Assembly (NCBI GenBank): GCA_964486045.1 | Contig: CAZALK010000012.1 | Location: forward strand, 111,206 to 175,205 | DNA from: an uncultured archaeon | Lineage (GTDB): Archaea; Asgardarchaeota; Lokiarchaeia; Sigyniarchaeales; SOKP01 | DNA length: 64,000 nucleotides | Direction of reading: 5' to 3' | Shown here: in pieces, positions 29,944 through 40,298 of the stretch | Layout of the letters: each line of letters opens with the position of its first letter | Numbering within the stretch: position 1 is the first letter of the stretch | Notes under the pieces: model-generated | The model's database searches: none | What the model was told of the DNA's origin: nothing | Seen by the model: only the letters and a program-made list of their open reading frames with translations | Program-made: the position numbers and the translations under genes

Positions 29944-31605
29944 CTACCAAGTTCTTGTTAAATTTTGCATCAAAACCAAGACTTCCTTATTTCCAAGAGG
30001 AACAATATTAGATTGAAAAACAATTTGATTATTATTAACTGGTAAAATAAATTTCAGATTCTTAGAAGTTTTATCCTGAAGAGAGTTTTCTATCTTTTCC
30101 TGAACTAGTTCAGCAATTTCTTGTGGTAAAACTTCAGCTATATTTTTTCCTAGAAAATCATTTGTTGAAAATATTTGCTCTCCTATTTTTTCAATTTTCG
30201 TATCTAATTTAAAATCTAGCAAAACTCCAGTTTTTGAAATTCTAAAAATTGAAAATGGAACATGTTTAAAGAGAATACTATTTCTTAGTTCACTTTCATG
30301 CAATTTTTCCCTATTTTGCATTCTTTCTATAGCTGTACCTAGTTCTAATCCGATGGTAATGATAAGTTCCATTTCCTCCGGTAATAGTGGTTTATTGTTT
30401 TGAAAAATCATGTTTATAGAACCAATGATTTCAAATTTTGAAAATAATGGGATAACTGCTGTAGAAGAGAGATCCATCCCTTCAAAAAATTTATCTGATG
30501 ATTCAGGAAAATTATTATTGATGAGTGCTACACCCTTTATAAAGACGATATCGTAAGGATTTTTATTTATTTCTAATTCATGGTTTTCTATGAAAAAATG
30601 TGAAGGAAATCCCTTTTGAACCTTAATTCTTGCTACCTTCTCATGCTTATCAGTAAGAAAAATGGCGCATCCTTTAAGGTTAAATAAATCTATGAAGCTA
30701 TCAAGTATTTTAGATAATAATCCTGATAAATTATTAGCTTGGTTAGCTATACTTATGATTTTGTTTAAAATATCTGTTTTTTTTACTTGTTCTTTGAGTT
30801 TATCTTCGATAATGTGTATATCCGTTATATCATGAAAAAGATATTGAATAAAAAATTGATCTGCTAACTGGGTTTCATTAACAGTTACCTCTAAATACAT
30901 ATGAGTGCCTGTTGATTTTTTAATTCTCGAAATGATGGGGGGCGGTTGGTCAATCAGATGCTTAATCATGTTTGGATCCACTAATCCTTCATCAAATAAA
31001 TCAAACTGTAGAGCTTTAATTCCGATAATTTCTTCCCTTTTTTTTTCGATTAATTTTTCAGCTTCTAAATTCACATCAATAAGTATCCCTGAATCCCTAT
31101 TCATTATTAGAATTGCATCTCGTGCTGCCTTAAATAGAGCTTGATATCGATGCTCAGCCATAACTAAGGTTTTTACTGCCGGTTTAACGGATTCGAAGTA
31201 GGAATAAAAGAAACTTTTAATTTCATTTAATTTATTAATATCGGCTTTGAAGTCTTTTGGTTCATGATCAAATGCTTTATGAGCATCATCAATTTTAATG
31301 ATATATTGAGCAAATCCAGCGAGAAGTTCATTGGCAAGTATTAAAGTTAGGTTCACGCTTGACTCAGTTACCAACGAAAGTAAAAGACTCTCATATCCCC
31401 CTCTAGCAAAAGGACTCCTGAGTTTGAAAAACAAATTTGCTGTTTTAAATTCCCCAAATATATGCATATATACACCTTGGGTTGGAAGATCCATCAAAGT
31501 CGGAATTTTACTCAGGATTTCACCCTCTAATGACTTAGGTGCTTTTAAAACTATTGTGGGTCCGTATAATGGGTCAAAACGACTGAGAATTAATGCTGTT
31601 TCCAA
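29944..31605 (-). CDS. uDENN/longin-like N-terminal domain fused to PAS-GAF-PAS
   Basis: FDPLYGP and ARGG N-domain; PAS (RYQALF..A.D.I...DITD); GAF (VIPL....IIG); no kinase domain. Confidence 0.78.
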   Translation of the reverse strand: METALILSRFDPLYGPTIVLKAPKSLEGEILSKIPTLMDLPTQGVYMHIFGEFKTANLFFKLRSPFARGGYESLLLSLVTESSVNLTLILANELLAGFAQYIIKIDDAHKAFDHEPKDFKADINKLNEIKSFFYSYFESVKPAVKTLVMAEHRYQALFKAARDAILIMNRDSGILIDVNLEAEKLIEKKREEIIGIKALQFDLFDEGLVDPNMIKHLIDQPPPIISRIKKSTGTHMYLEVTVNETQLADQFFIQYLFHDITDIHIIEDKLKEQVKKTDILNKIISIANQANNLSGLLSKILDSFIDLFNLKGCAIFLTDKHEKVARIKVQKGFPSHFFIENHELEINKNPYDIVFIKGVALINNNFPESSDKFFEGMDLSSTAVIPLFSKFEIIGSINMIFQNNKPLLPEEMELIITIGLELGTAIERMQNREKLHESELRNSILFKHVPFSIFRISKTGVLLDFKLDTKIEKIGEQIFSTNDFLGKNIAEVLPQEIAELVQEKIENSLQDKTSKNLKFILPVNNNQIVFQSNIVPLGNKEVLVLMQNLTRTW

Positions 31606-31864
31606 GATTTCTCACATGTTTAATGTAGATATTCTCGATTTTAAAGTGAATATTGAATTATTTAAAATTATGGTTAATAAATTATTTTAAATTATATTAC
31701 AATAGTGAATTTATCTGAATTTAAAGGTTTGTTTCAATAGGTAATCCCATTAATCAAATAAAAAGAATTTTACGATTATTAGGTATATATAAAAATTACA
31801 CAATAAGATATATCACCAAACAAATAATACTAATCTTATAAAACGATCAAAACATTACCTAATT

Positions 31865-32530
31865 ATGACTATGGAAGAATATTTACAACCAACAGAATTT
31901 TTTGATTCTGATAATGGTACAGTAACTGAAAAGGCTAAAGAAATAACAAAGGGATTAAAAACAGAAAAAGAGAAAGCCATCGCTTTGTTTTATTGGGTAA
32001 GAAATGAAATCAGGTATAATATGCGTTTATTTATCCCAAAAATTAAAAAGAATTTTATAGCAAGCAATGTGATACAGGAACGGCAAGGATTTTGTGTATC
32101 GAAAAGCATATTGCTATCAACATTAGCAAGATCTATTGGGATTCCCGCTCGTATTCATCTAGTTGACTTAATTAACCATAAAATCTCTCAGAAAGTCAAA
32201 GATTTAATGAGAACCAATGTAATGCATTATCATGGCTACAGCGAATTTTACTTAAACGGGAAATGGGTGAAATTAACCCCATCATTTGATGAAGAAACCG
32301 CAATTAGAGGAGGTTTTCTACCTATGTGTGAATTTGACGGTGAGAAGGATGCTGTATTTCCTCCTTATTGTCATGATGGATCGAGGTTTGGGGAATATGT
32401 TATGGATCGAGGAGTTCATGCTGATTTGCCACTCGATGATATAGATAAAGTTTTCCAAAAGAAGTACGGAATGTTTAAACAAGTTGATAAAAGCACTGTA
32501 CAACCAAATAAAACAAATAATTTATTATAA
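31865..32530 (+). CDS. Transglutaminase-like domain protein
   Basis: GFCVSKS, GIPAR, HGYSEFYLNGKW. Confidence 0.9.
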   Translation: MTMEEYLQPTEFFDSDNGTVTEKAKEITKGLKTEKEKAIALFYWVRNEIRYNMRLFIPKIKKNFIASNVIQERQGFCVSKSILLSTLARSIGIPARIHLVDLINHKISQKVKDLMRTNVMHYHGYSEFYLNGKWVKLTPSFDEETAIRGGFLPMCEFDGEKDAVFPPYCHDGSRFGEYVMDRGVHADLPLDDIDKVFQKKYGMFKQVDKSTVQPNKTNNLL

Positions 32531-32535
32531 AATAA

Positions 32536-33462
32536 CTATTTAAAATATTTATCTTTTAAACCGAGTTTTCTTAGAAAAATATTATACTTTCCTAATTTTC
32601 CCCCATAGTTACCAGCAGAGACTTTCAAGAGTCCATCCATATCAATAATCCCCTCAATTACTTTTGTCATTGATTTTTCAACTATTTTAATATCTAGGGC
32701 ATTAAAAATGATTTCTGGGATTGATTTGACACCCAAAGGAACTTTAAAATCTTCTGGGGGCAACCTATCCTTCAATGTTGGGCAATAGGGATGATTAGTT
32801 GACGGTCCAATTTCGGGGAAACTTGTTTCAGGTTTTGAGCCAGCTGAACAAACGTCAAAGGTCGTACAGACATCATCAATTTCAGCAAGTATCTTTACAG
32901 CTTCTCTCCCAACTTTTATTCCTGCATCCGTCGATTTGCAAAATAACCATAAATTACCTCCCATAACACCAGGGGCATAAGAGAGTTCTTCTTCAATTAA
33001 AAAATCATAACCCATCATTATTGGTACCGAAATTAGATTTCGGTCATATTTTGCAACAATCCATTCATAGCCATCTCCACAATGTCCTACATTTTCCATC
33101 ATTCTGAATTTTTTTTCAGTTGTTCCAGGATAGTGATCGAATACGGCAGTAGTGGGAACTACAAGGATACCCTGTCTCATTCTCCTTCCCAGTTGATTAT
33201 AGAATTTTGCTGTCGCCTTTTTCCCAGTGCCAGTCACCCATAATTGAACAACCGCTCCTAATCTACTATCAATGGTTTCATCTTTACTAAGCCATCTTAC
33301 AACTCCCCCTTCTGCATCCCCAAATACCGTTGAAGGAAGCGCTGTAAACGCATTTACGGCCCTGTTTAAGAATTCACCATCTTGAGCAGTCACCATTAAT
33401 TGAACACAGAGCCCCTCAAATGCCTCACAGTATGTATCATCAATTATTACCATTTTCAACAA
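32536..33462 (-). CDS. ftr: Formylmethanofuran:tetrahydromethanopterin N-formyltransferase
   Basis: IDDTYCEAF, PTTAVF, GVMGGN, GSK, STNHPYCPTL, SAGNYGGKLG. Confidence 0.92.
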   Translation of the reverse strand: MLKMVIIDDTYCEAFEGLCVQLMVTAQDGEFLNRAVNAFTALPSTVFGDAEGGVVRWLSKDETIDSRLGAVVQLWVTGTGKKATAKFYNQLGRRMRQGILVVPTTAVFDHYPGTTEKKFRMMENVGHCGDGYEWIVAKYDRNLISVPIMMGYDFLIEEELSYAPGVMGGNLWLFCKSTDAGIKVGREAVKILAEIDDVCTTFDVCSAGSKPETSFPEIGPSTNHPYCPTLKDRLPPEDFKVPLGVKSIPEIIFNALDIKIVEKSMTKVIEGIIDMDGLLKVSAGNYGGKLGKYNIFLRKLGLKDKYFK

Positions 33463-33588
33463 TCAAAAATTTAGTTTTTCTAGTATTTTTAAGATATTAC
33501 ACAATCGAATAAAAATTTAAATCAAAAGCTTATTAATTCTATAATATTAAATTAAGTACTAGAAATACATACACAGAGATCAAAAGAT

Positions 33589-34512
33589 ATGCCCCGTGCA
33601 ATAATTCTATATGAAATTGATAAATCATTCGGCCCAAATATTTTAGCTGAGTATTATTTAAAACAGGATGATAAGATACCAGCCACAATATTGAAGGAAT
33701 TTTCCGAAAAGCATGTAAAAAAGGGTTACCCAGATGTATCTATTCGAAAAGATGAGGATCGTTTTTATTCAAGTATTATTAATACCGAATCTATTCAAAA
33801 AGAAAATCTCTATTTAAGTTTTATCTTACAAGAAGGAGAGGATCTCATCTCATTAAAGAGCATTTTTGAAAATATTGAAACTAAAGTTATTCAAGAATTT
33901 TCGACCGATAAGCAAAAGATGACCGAAATCCTCAAAAATGGTCTAAATTCAATATTAAATTTAATTCAAAAATTGCAAGAACCAAAAATTATAAAGGAAA
34001 TATTGAATGAAAGAACAAAAAAAATGCTTGATGATAGTTTGCTCCAAGAAGCTAGAGAATTGATTGATCTAGGTGAAGAAATCCCTGAAAAACTCGCTGA
34101 TGAGGTGAAAGTTGCTGAAGGATTATTGAAAAATAAAGAATATAGGAAAGCAAGAAAAAATTTTTTGAAAGCTTCAGAATTAGCAGTGCTTATTCAAGAG
34201 GAAGAAATTGCTTCATTCTTACAGAATAAAGCTGAACATGTTGGGACATTCCCCGACTTACTCAAAGAGCGTGATAATCTAAATAGAGAAATTCAGAAAA
34301 TAACAGGTGAATTAGAGGGTAACAAATTGTATTTATATGATCTACTTATTGATCCTATTCATAGATTAATCGAAATTTCAAACGATTTGGAAGAAGACGA
34401 AATATCTGGTGAGTTGATGAAATTTAAAAATAATGCACAAAGAGGTTCTCAGTTAGCAAAGGATTTAGAGGGCATAGATAATAAGATAAAAGAAATTTTG
34501 AATAAAATATAG
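33589..34512 (+). CDS. Longin/uDENN-like N-terminal domain plus helical region
   Basis: IILYEIDKSFGPNIL start; helical C-half. Confidence 0.6.
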   Translation: MPRAIILYEIDKSFGPNILAEYYLKQDDKIPATILKEFSEKHVKKGYPDVSIRKDEDRFYSSIINTESIQKENLYLSFILQEGEDLISLKSIFENIETKVIQEFSTDKQKMTEILKNGLNSILNLIQKLQEPKIIKEILNERTKKMLDDSLLQEARELIDLGEEIPEKLADEVKVAEGLLKNKEYRKARKNFLKASELAVLIQEEEIASFLQNKAEHVGTFPDLLKERDNLNREIQKITGELEGNKLYLYDLLIDPIHRLIEISNDLEEDEISGELMKFKNNAQRGSQLAKDLEGIDNKIKEILNKI

Positions 34513-34513
34513 A

Positions 34514-36334
34514 TTATTCTCCGAAATCTTTATCAATGGTAGTTTCTTCGATAACTGGTGGTACGTAATCCCCAATAGCACCAAATATAATTTTCGCTAT
34601 TTCCCACCCTTTTTCTGTTGGATATTTTAATGCGTTTTTTATTAATTCTTCCCCAACTTCATTATTCACTTCAACTTTATGAATATTTGCATTATTTTGC
34701 AAGATACTTTCAAATTTTGCTCCTTTACTGCCAATGGGTACAATCAATAAGGCTTCATCAATTGCCTTTTGTTCAATCGCATCTTTTAGACGTTTTGCTG
34801 CATAATATCCAGCGACTCCTGCACTTCTGTCAAAAGTTTTAATAGAAGGAATTTCCAAGCCCCATTTTTTACCTTCTGCTTCGATTAACGCTGCCAAAGT
34901 TTGAGCTCTTTTTCCAAGCATAAATTTAAACTCCATTTGAGTTTTAAATCGCTTTCCTTTTTCCTCACCAATCATATTAATACATTTTAATGTGGCACCA
35001 GCAATAGATTGGGGATTAACATCTATCGAATATTCTTCCTCGGCTAAAATATCTTCAATCGTCCTTTTAATAACTTCCCTGGGTTTTGAAAAATCGATCA
35101 CTTCTTCTTTGGTCAACGATTGAGGTCTCGCTGTACCAACAATTTCCGCTCCAACTTCTAAAAGTTCGTCAACCGTCATTTCTTCCATAACAACTTTGTC
35201 TATAAATCTTCGACAAAGTTTAATGGAGTTCCTTGGATTACCATTTGTTTTTTCAAAAATCAACTCAATTAATTTTTCATTCAATGGAAATAACGGATAT
35301 AAAGGAGGATTTAAATTATTATCATCCCAAAAGGTTTCCATTGATTTCGAAAAGAATATTTTAAGATCATTGAGACTAAATGGTTTCAATTCTTGTTCAG
35401 GTTCCATTCTCGAGCGTAGTGGTGCATCGGCTATCTCGATAATTCTCGGCCATATTTCTTTTAATACCGCAATGGTGATAACTAAGCCTTTTACTTCATT
35501 GTAGAGTCTCTTTAAAATCTCTAGAAATTTACGCTCAGCAACCTCGCCTAACATTCTATAGGGACTTTCTAATTCATCAAAATATAGAATAAGAACTGTG
35601 TCTAAATTCTCAGTGATAATTTTTATCAAACTTAGGCAAATATCATCTTCCTCTAGAATAGAATTAACGCCTAAATTGGATAGCTCCTCATCATCTAAGT
35701 CTTCGCCAAGAAGCCATCGTTCCGCAATTCCCTTCTTGTTCTTATCGAGTTGATATGTAACCAATGCCTTTACACAGTCTGCGAAAACGCCTGGAAACTC
35801 CCTAACTCCCCTTTGAAGCACTTCCTCAATTTTAGGTTTTTGGAATAGCCCCTTTTTTTCTCCACCCCATTTTTTCACTAATCGTTCAGAAACAATATCA
35901 AGTAATTCAGCACCCATTTCTTCAATTATACAAGTATAAACATGAAGCAATACACGTATACTTGCTGGAGGGCTAGGAATATAGATAATAGACCAATTAA
36001 AATCTTCTAATTTTCCTACTTCAATCTCTTGAACATCTTTAGCTTGCTCTAATTTTTTCAAATTCTCTCGTTCTTTATCTTTAAAAGAATGATATGCATG
36101 AGTTTTCCCTGTTCCTGCTGATCCCAGAATTGGAATTAAGCGCGATGATTTATCTCTAGCAGTTTGACGAACTAAACGATAAACCTCTCGGTCAATAAAA
36201 GCTCGTGGTCTTGCCACGTCAATCTTATCAGGCAGATGCCCGCGTGACACGAAGTTTGAGAAGGGCAGTATCGGGGTTTCACGGAGCACATCGAGGTACA
36301 TATTTCGGTCATCTTCATTAAGCTCACTATACAT
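34514..36334 (-). CDS. P-loop (AAA+-like) ATPase with uncharacterised C-terminal domain
   Basis: GSAGTGKT, ILYFDELE, GNPR. Confidence 0.8.
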   Translation of the reverse strand: MYSELNEDDRNMYLDVLRETPILPFSNFVSRGHLPDKIDVARPRAFIDREVYRLVRQTARDKSSRLIPILGSAGTGKTHAYHSFKDKERENLKKLEQAKDVQEIEVGKLEDFNWSIIYIPSPPASIRVLLHVYTCIIEEMGAELLDIVSERLVKKWGGEKKGLFQKPKIEEVLQRGVREFPGVFADCVKALVTYQLDKNKKGIAERWLLGEDLDDEELSNLGVNSILEEDDICLSLIKIITENLDTVLILYFDELESPYRMLGEVAERKFLEILKRLYNEVKGLVITIAVLKEIWPRIIEIADAPLRSRMEPEQELKPFSLNDLKIFFSKSMETFWDDNNLNPPLYPLFPLNEKLIELIFEKTNGNPRNSIKLCRRFIDKVVMEEMTVDELLEVGAEIVGTARPQSLTKEEVIDFSKPREVIKRTIEDILAEEEYSIDVNPQSIAGATLKCINMIGEEKGKRFKTQMEFKFMLGKRAQTLAALIEAEGKKWGLEIPSIKTFDRSAGVAGYYAAKRLKDAIEQKAIDEALLIVPIGSKGAKFESILQNNANIHKVEVNNEVGEELIKNALKYPTEKGWEIAKIIFGAIGDYVPPVIEETTIDKDFGE

Positions 36335-36533
36335 ACAAACTCACTACTCTCCAGATTTTATTTATTGAACTATAGGAATTTTTAATTGGATTAAATTTAT
36401 TAGTTTAGACAATTTTATCTAATATATAAGCTATTTAGTTTTTAGCAACTATAATACTTAATTAAAAATTTTGCCTATTAAATTTAATTAATATTTAGAA
36501 GTTCAATCAATTACATTAAAGAGATGATTTATT

Positions 36534-37199
36534 ATACCTAAAAGAGACAAATATGATGATGAGGATGAAGAAGATGAAGAGGAAAATCCTTTTGACTTTT
36601 TTAAGCAATTCGGGGATCCTAGTAAATTTTTTTCAGATCCAAATAAATTTTTAATCGATCCAAATAAATTGTTTAAATCAAAGGATTTCAGGAAATTATT
36701 TAAGGAAATTTTTGAGAAAATGATGAATAATTTACCTCCTGAAATGCAAAACCTTTCTCCTGAAGAGCTTATGAAGGAATTCACAAAGAATCGATCAAAA
36801 TTCGGATTTTTTCCGATTACTTATGGATTTAATATAAATATAGGAAAAGATGGTAAACCTACTATAGATTCATTTGGAAACGTCAAAACTAAACCATATT
36901 CAGGAAAACCTGTGGTAAAGTCAAAGAGAGAACCATTAGTCGAGGTTAATGAAGAATCGGATCAGATAATTGTTATAGCTGAAATTCCGGGAGTAGATCG
37001 GGATGATATTGAGCTAAAAGCAACAAGTCATAGTTTGACAATTTCAACTAAGGAGAATGCTAGCATGCATTACTACAAAAATGTTGAGTTTTCCACAGTG
37101 ATAAATTCGGATGTCGCTAAAGCAAGATATGTGAACGGAATTCTTGAAGTACGCTTGAAAAAGATTGATGAAAAACATAGAAGCATTAGAATTGATTAA
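36534..37199 (+). CDS. hsp20: Archaeal small heat-shock protein Hsp20 with extended N-terminus
   Basis: YGF...G.DGKP...FGN, REPLVEV, AEIPGV, NGILEV; frame open to about 36528, start uncertain. Confidence 0.88.
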   Translation: MPKRDKYDDEDEEDEEENPFDFFKQFGDPSKFFSDPNKFLIDPNKLFKSKDFRKLFKEIFEKMMNNLPPEMQNLSPEELMKEFTKNRSKFGFFPITYGFNINIGKDGKPTIDSFGNVKTKPYSGKPVVKSKREPLVEVNEESDQIIVIAEIPGVDRDDIELKATSHSLTISTKENASMHYYKNVEFSTVINSDVAKARYVNGILEVRLKKIDEKHRSIRID

Positions 37200-37340
37200 T
37201 ATTGTTACTAGTATATAATTAATCACTGCATAACTTTTTATTAAGCAATTTTAGGTCCCATTACTTTTGTTTTTTGAATTTGTTAATTTTACTAAAGGTT
37301 TATTACCTTCTTCATCAAATAAGATTTTTAATATCATTAT

Positions 37341-38372
37341 TTGGTTTTTAAAATGTCTGAAAAAAAAAAAGAACTTCTCTCCCAAAAAGGATTAATGATT
37401 ATTGGAATCGTTTCGCTAGCAATTTTGGTTATAGGGATAATATTATACTATCTCGACTTAAATGGTGCGTTTTATGTTTCGATGTATCCAGTTCAATCAA
37501 TTTTTAGGATTATAACTTATCTTGGTGAACCAGTCATTTTCATTATTATCATTGCTATTATTTTTTTAATTTATAATAAGAATTATGCGAAAAACTTAGC
37601 ATTTAGCTTATTATATTCCTATTTTTTGAATGGATTATTTAAAGAATTTTTTAAGGATCCTCGACCAAGTACAAATGTAGATCCTGTAGAAGATTATGGA
37701 TATATAGAACCAGATTATGGATTTCCATCTGGACATGCTCAAACCGCAGTGTCATTTTGGGGATATGTAGGTTATGAATTTAAAGACAAGTATAAGTACA
37801 AAAACATTCAAATTGTGCCAGTTATAATGTCTATCCTGATTTTTTTAATAGCGATTTCAAGAATTATTATTGGTGTTCATGATTTACAAGATATTATTGG
37901 AGGTTTAATGCTAGGTATCGGATTTCTGCTATTATTCATCTATATAGAACCGTATTTAACTGAGTTATTCAATAAACTGTCTTTCCTTGCAAAAATAATA
38001 TTAACAGCCTTGATAGGAGTCTTATTGTTTCTCATAGGAACTCTTATATTTCCCTCAGCAGGTTTAGGATTAGTGACTCCATCACTCCTTTATAAAGATG
38101 ATGGGGTATTTGCCCAAGTCGGAGGATCTGTGCTAGGTTTTGGTGTTGGATATTTGTTAGAACAAAAATATGTTAAATATGATCCAACACACCTTACTAA
38201 CAAAAAGAAGTTGAAAAATCTAGCCATAGGATTAATAATTCTAATTGTTATTTTTGTACCTTTTGAATATTTAATAAAAATAGATAGTGTAGTTTATAGA
38301 TTCTTCAGATATGCTCTCCCGACATTCATTTTGGCTTATGTAGTTCCTTTAATTTGCACAAAAATAGATTAA
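37341..38372 (+). CDS. PAP2-family membrane phosphatase
   Basis: K...PRP, FPSGH, SRIIIGVH; likely start at ATG 37353. Confidence 0.92.
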   Translation: MVFKMSEKKKELLSQKGLMIIGIVSLAILVIGIILYYLDLNGAFYVSMYPVQSIFRIITYLGEPVIFIIIIAIIFLIYNKNYAKNLAFSLLYSYFLNGLFKEFFKDPRPSTNVDPVEDYGYIEPDYGFPSGHAQTAVSFWGYVGYEFKDKYKYKNIQIVPVIMSILIFLIAISRIIIGVHDLQDIIGGLMLGIGFLLLFIYIEPYLTELFNKLSFLAKIILTALIGVLLFLIGTLIFPSAGLGLVTPSLLYKDDGVFAQVGGSVLGFGVGYLLEQKYVKYDPTHLTNKKKLKNLAIGLIILIVIFVPFEYLIKIDSVVYRFFRYALPTFILAYVVPLICTKID

Positions 38373-38398
38373 AAAATCTAGTTATTTTCTTTTTTTTT

Positions 38399-39349
38399 TT
38401 AATTTTTTTGTCTTACAATAATGATTATTGAGATGACTATTATAAATGTACCAATTAAATGGAATATTGAAAATAATTCTCCAAGAAGAATAAAGGAGAA
38501 AAAAGCTGTGACAATTGGGGTTAACGAAAGAATAACACTCGCTTTCCCTATTTCGAGATATGTGAGGCTTTTATACCAAAGAAATAGGCTAAAACCGTAG
38601 TCTACTCCCATCAATAGAAAATAAATGAAATATTGAGGATCTATTACAATTAATATATTTTTCAGTGGAAAGAATAGAAAGTAAGTAAAGAAGAGAATTA
38701 ATCCGCTAATTAAATTCCTCATAAAAACAACTTGGGTTGGAAACAAATCGTTTCGATCAAAGTTTGATTTTGTAAGTGTATGAACAAGGGTAAATATGAC
38801 AACACTAATGAGTAAAATAGCAACCCCTATATTTATAGTAAGGGTGTCAAAAGAAGCTTGAGTTACTGATATAATCAACCCAACAAATAGCAGAAAACAA
38901 AAAAGAATCTGAATTCCGGATATTTTTTCTTTAAGAAGTAAGAATCCAAAAATTAGCGCAAATATTATTTCACTCTTAAAAATTAAAGAACTATTAATTG
39001 CTCCCGCGATTTCAAATCCAATATAGTTAAGAACAGGAACAATACTAAAAGTTAATCCAATAAAGAGAAGAAATTTGATATTTTTACTTTCTTTCCATCC
39101 ATTTAATAATGATCGAATCTTTATTTGTTGACTCTGCCCTTTCTCCATTGTTAAACTATTCTTTAGTCTTCTTCTTTCTAAAATATAAAGTGGTAAGAAA
39201 ATTAATGCTTCTATTAAGGCCGTAATCGCAGCAAATAAGTAAGGGTCAATAATTTTAGGTCTGGAATTTGCAATAACTGGTTGGAGACCTATTGTGAAGA
39301 TTGCGATTATACCAAAAAGAAGCCCTTTTTTTAGGTTCTCATTTTCCAC
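38399..39349 (-). CDS. EamA/DMT family transporter
   Basis: About 10 TM helices in two EamA repeats. Confidence 0.88.
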   Translation of the reverse strand: MENENLKKGLLFGIIAIFTIGLQPVIANSRPKIIDPYLFAAITALIEALIFLPLYILERRRLKNSLTMEKGQSQQIKIRSLLNGWKESKNIKFLLFIGLTFSIVPVLNYIGFEIAGAINSSLIFKSEIIFALIFGFLLLKEKISGIQILFCFLLFVGLIISVTQASFDTLTINIGVAILLISVVIFTLVHTLTKSNFDRNDLFPTQVVFMRNLISGLILFFTYFLFFPLKNILIVIDPQYFIYFLLMGVDYGFSLFLWYKSLTYLEIGKASVILSLTPIVTAFFSFILLGELFSIFHLIGTFIIVISIIIIVRQKN

Positions 39350-39762
39350 AATACATAAGAAAAAGCGGAGTAAAATAATAACTATTTAGTTTTAACTATT
39401 TTTCAGAAAAATTAGAGTAGATATAGGATATTTTTCTTAAATGGTAAACTAACAAATAACTCAGTTCATTATCTCAATGCTTTCCCTTCCAACTTCCCTT
39501 AAAAGAATTCGATTGATTATGATTTTCTCGCTTTTCATAACTTCATCATAATGTGTAACAATCTGATTAATGTATATCTCCTCTTTGAAGGGATGAGGCA
39601 TAACTTCTTCAAGTCGAATTATAGAAACACCTAATAAGTTAAAATTAAGTAGGAAAATTAGAAACAATTTATAAAATTTCCTATTTTTCATTCGACAAAA
39701 AAGAACGAAAATTGCATTAAAATTAAAAAGATGTTTATATTTGATCAAATTTTCACTTTTCT

Positions 39763-40272
39763 ATGTCAGATAGTGAAACATCAAATTCTGATGAAAGGTT
39801 ACCCTTAGATACTAATGCACCGATGATAGATACCGTTGATGCATTCGGAAATCCAATAAATCTTACCGAGATTCTCAAAGAAAATAATGGTTTAATAATT
39901 GACTTTCACAGAGCGGCATGGTGATATTACTGAAAAATTCAGCTAGGAAAATTAAACAAAAATATAGACGAAATTAAGAAAAGAAACGTTAAACTCATTA
40001 CAATTATGACCGATAGAACTATGCCAGTAAAAAAACTCGCAGAAAGCAAAAAGTATGATTTTACTATTATAGCGGATGAAAAGGCAGAAATATCAAGACG
40101 GTATAAAGCATTCGGAAAACCTATAGACTTTGACAAGATAAAAATGTTGATAGCTATACCTACAACATATTTAATTGATACCAACGGGAAAATTGTCTGG
40201 CGATATCTCGGTAATAAAACAGAAAGACCTTCAATTGAAGCTATCCTAGAAGCCATCGATACTAAATTATAA
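39763..40272 (+). CDS. AhpC/TSA peroxiredoxin-like selenoprotein (169 aa; U54-Y-Y-U57)
   Basis: Single frame from ATG 39763 with TGA at 39922 and 39931 at the redox CxxC positions (FHRAAW-U-YY-U); downstream IPTTYLIDTNGKI; SECIS-like hairpin follows. Confidence 0.85.
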
Positions 40273-40298
40273 TCTATATCTATAAAAATTGTTCTTGA

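Noticed and set aside
39461-39748. 95-aa minus-strand ORF
   Set aside because: No recognisable motif; a shorter real protein cannot be excluded but is unsupported.
39922-39933. Intron or nonsense mutations as the cause of the TGAs in the redoxin gene
   Set aside because: No extra sequence; both TGAs sit at CxxC positions and a SECIS-like hairpin follows.
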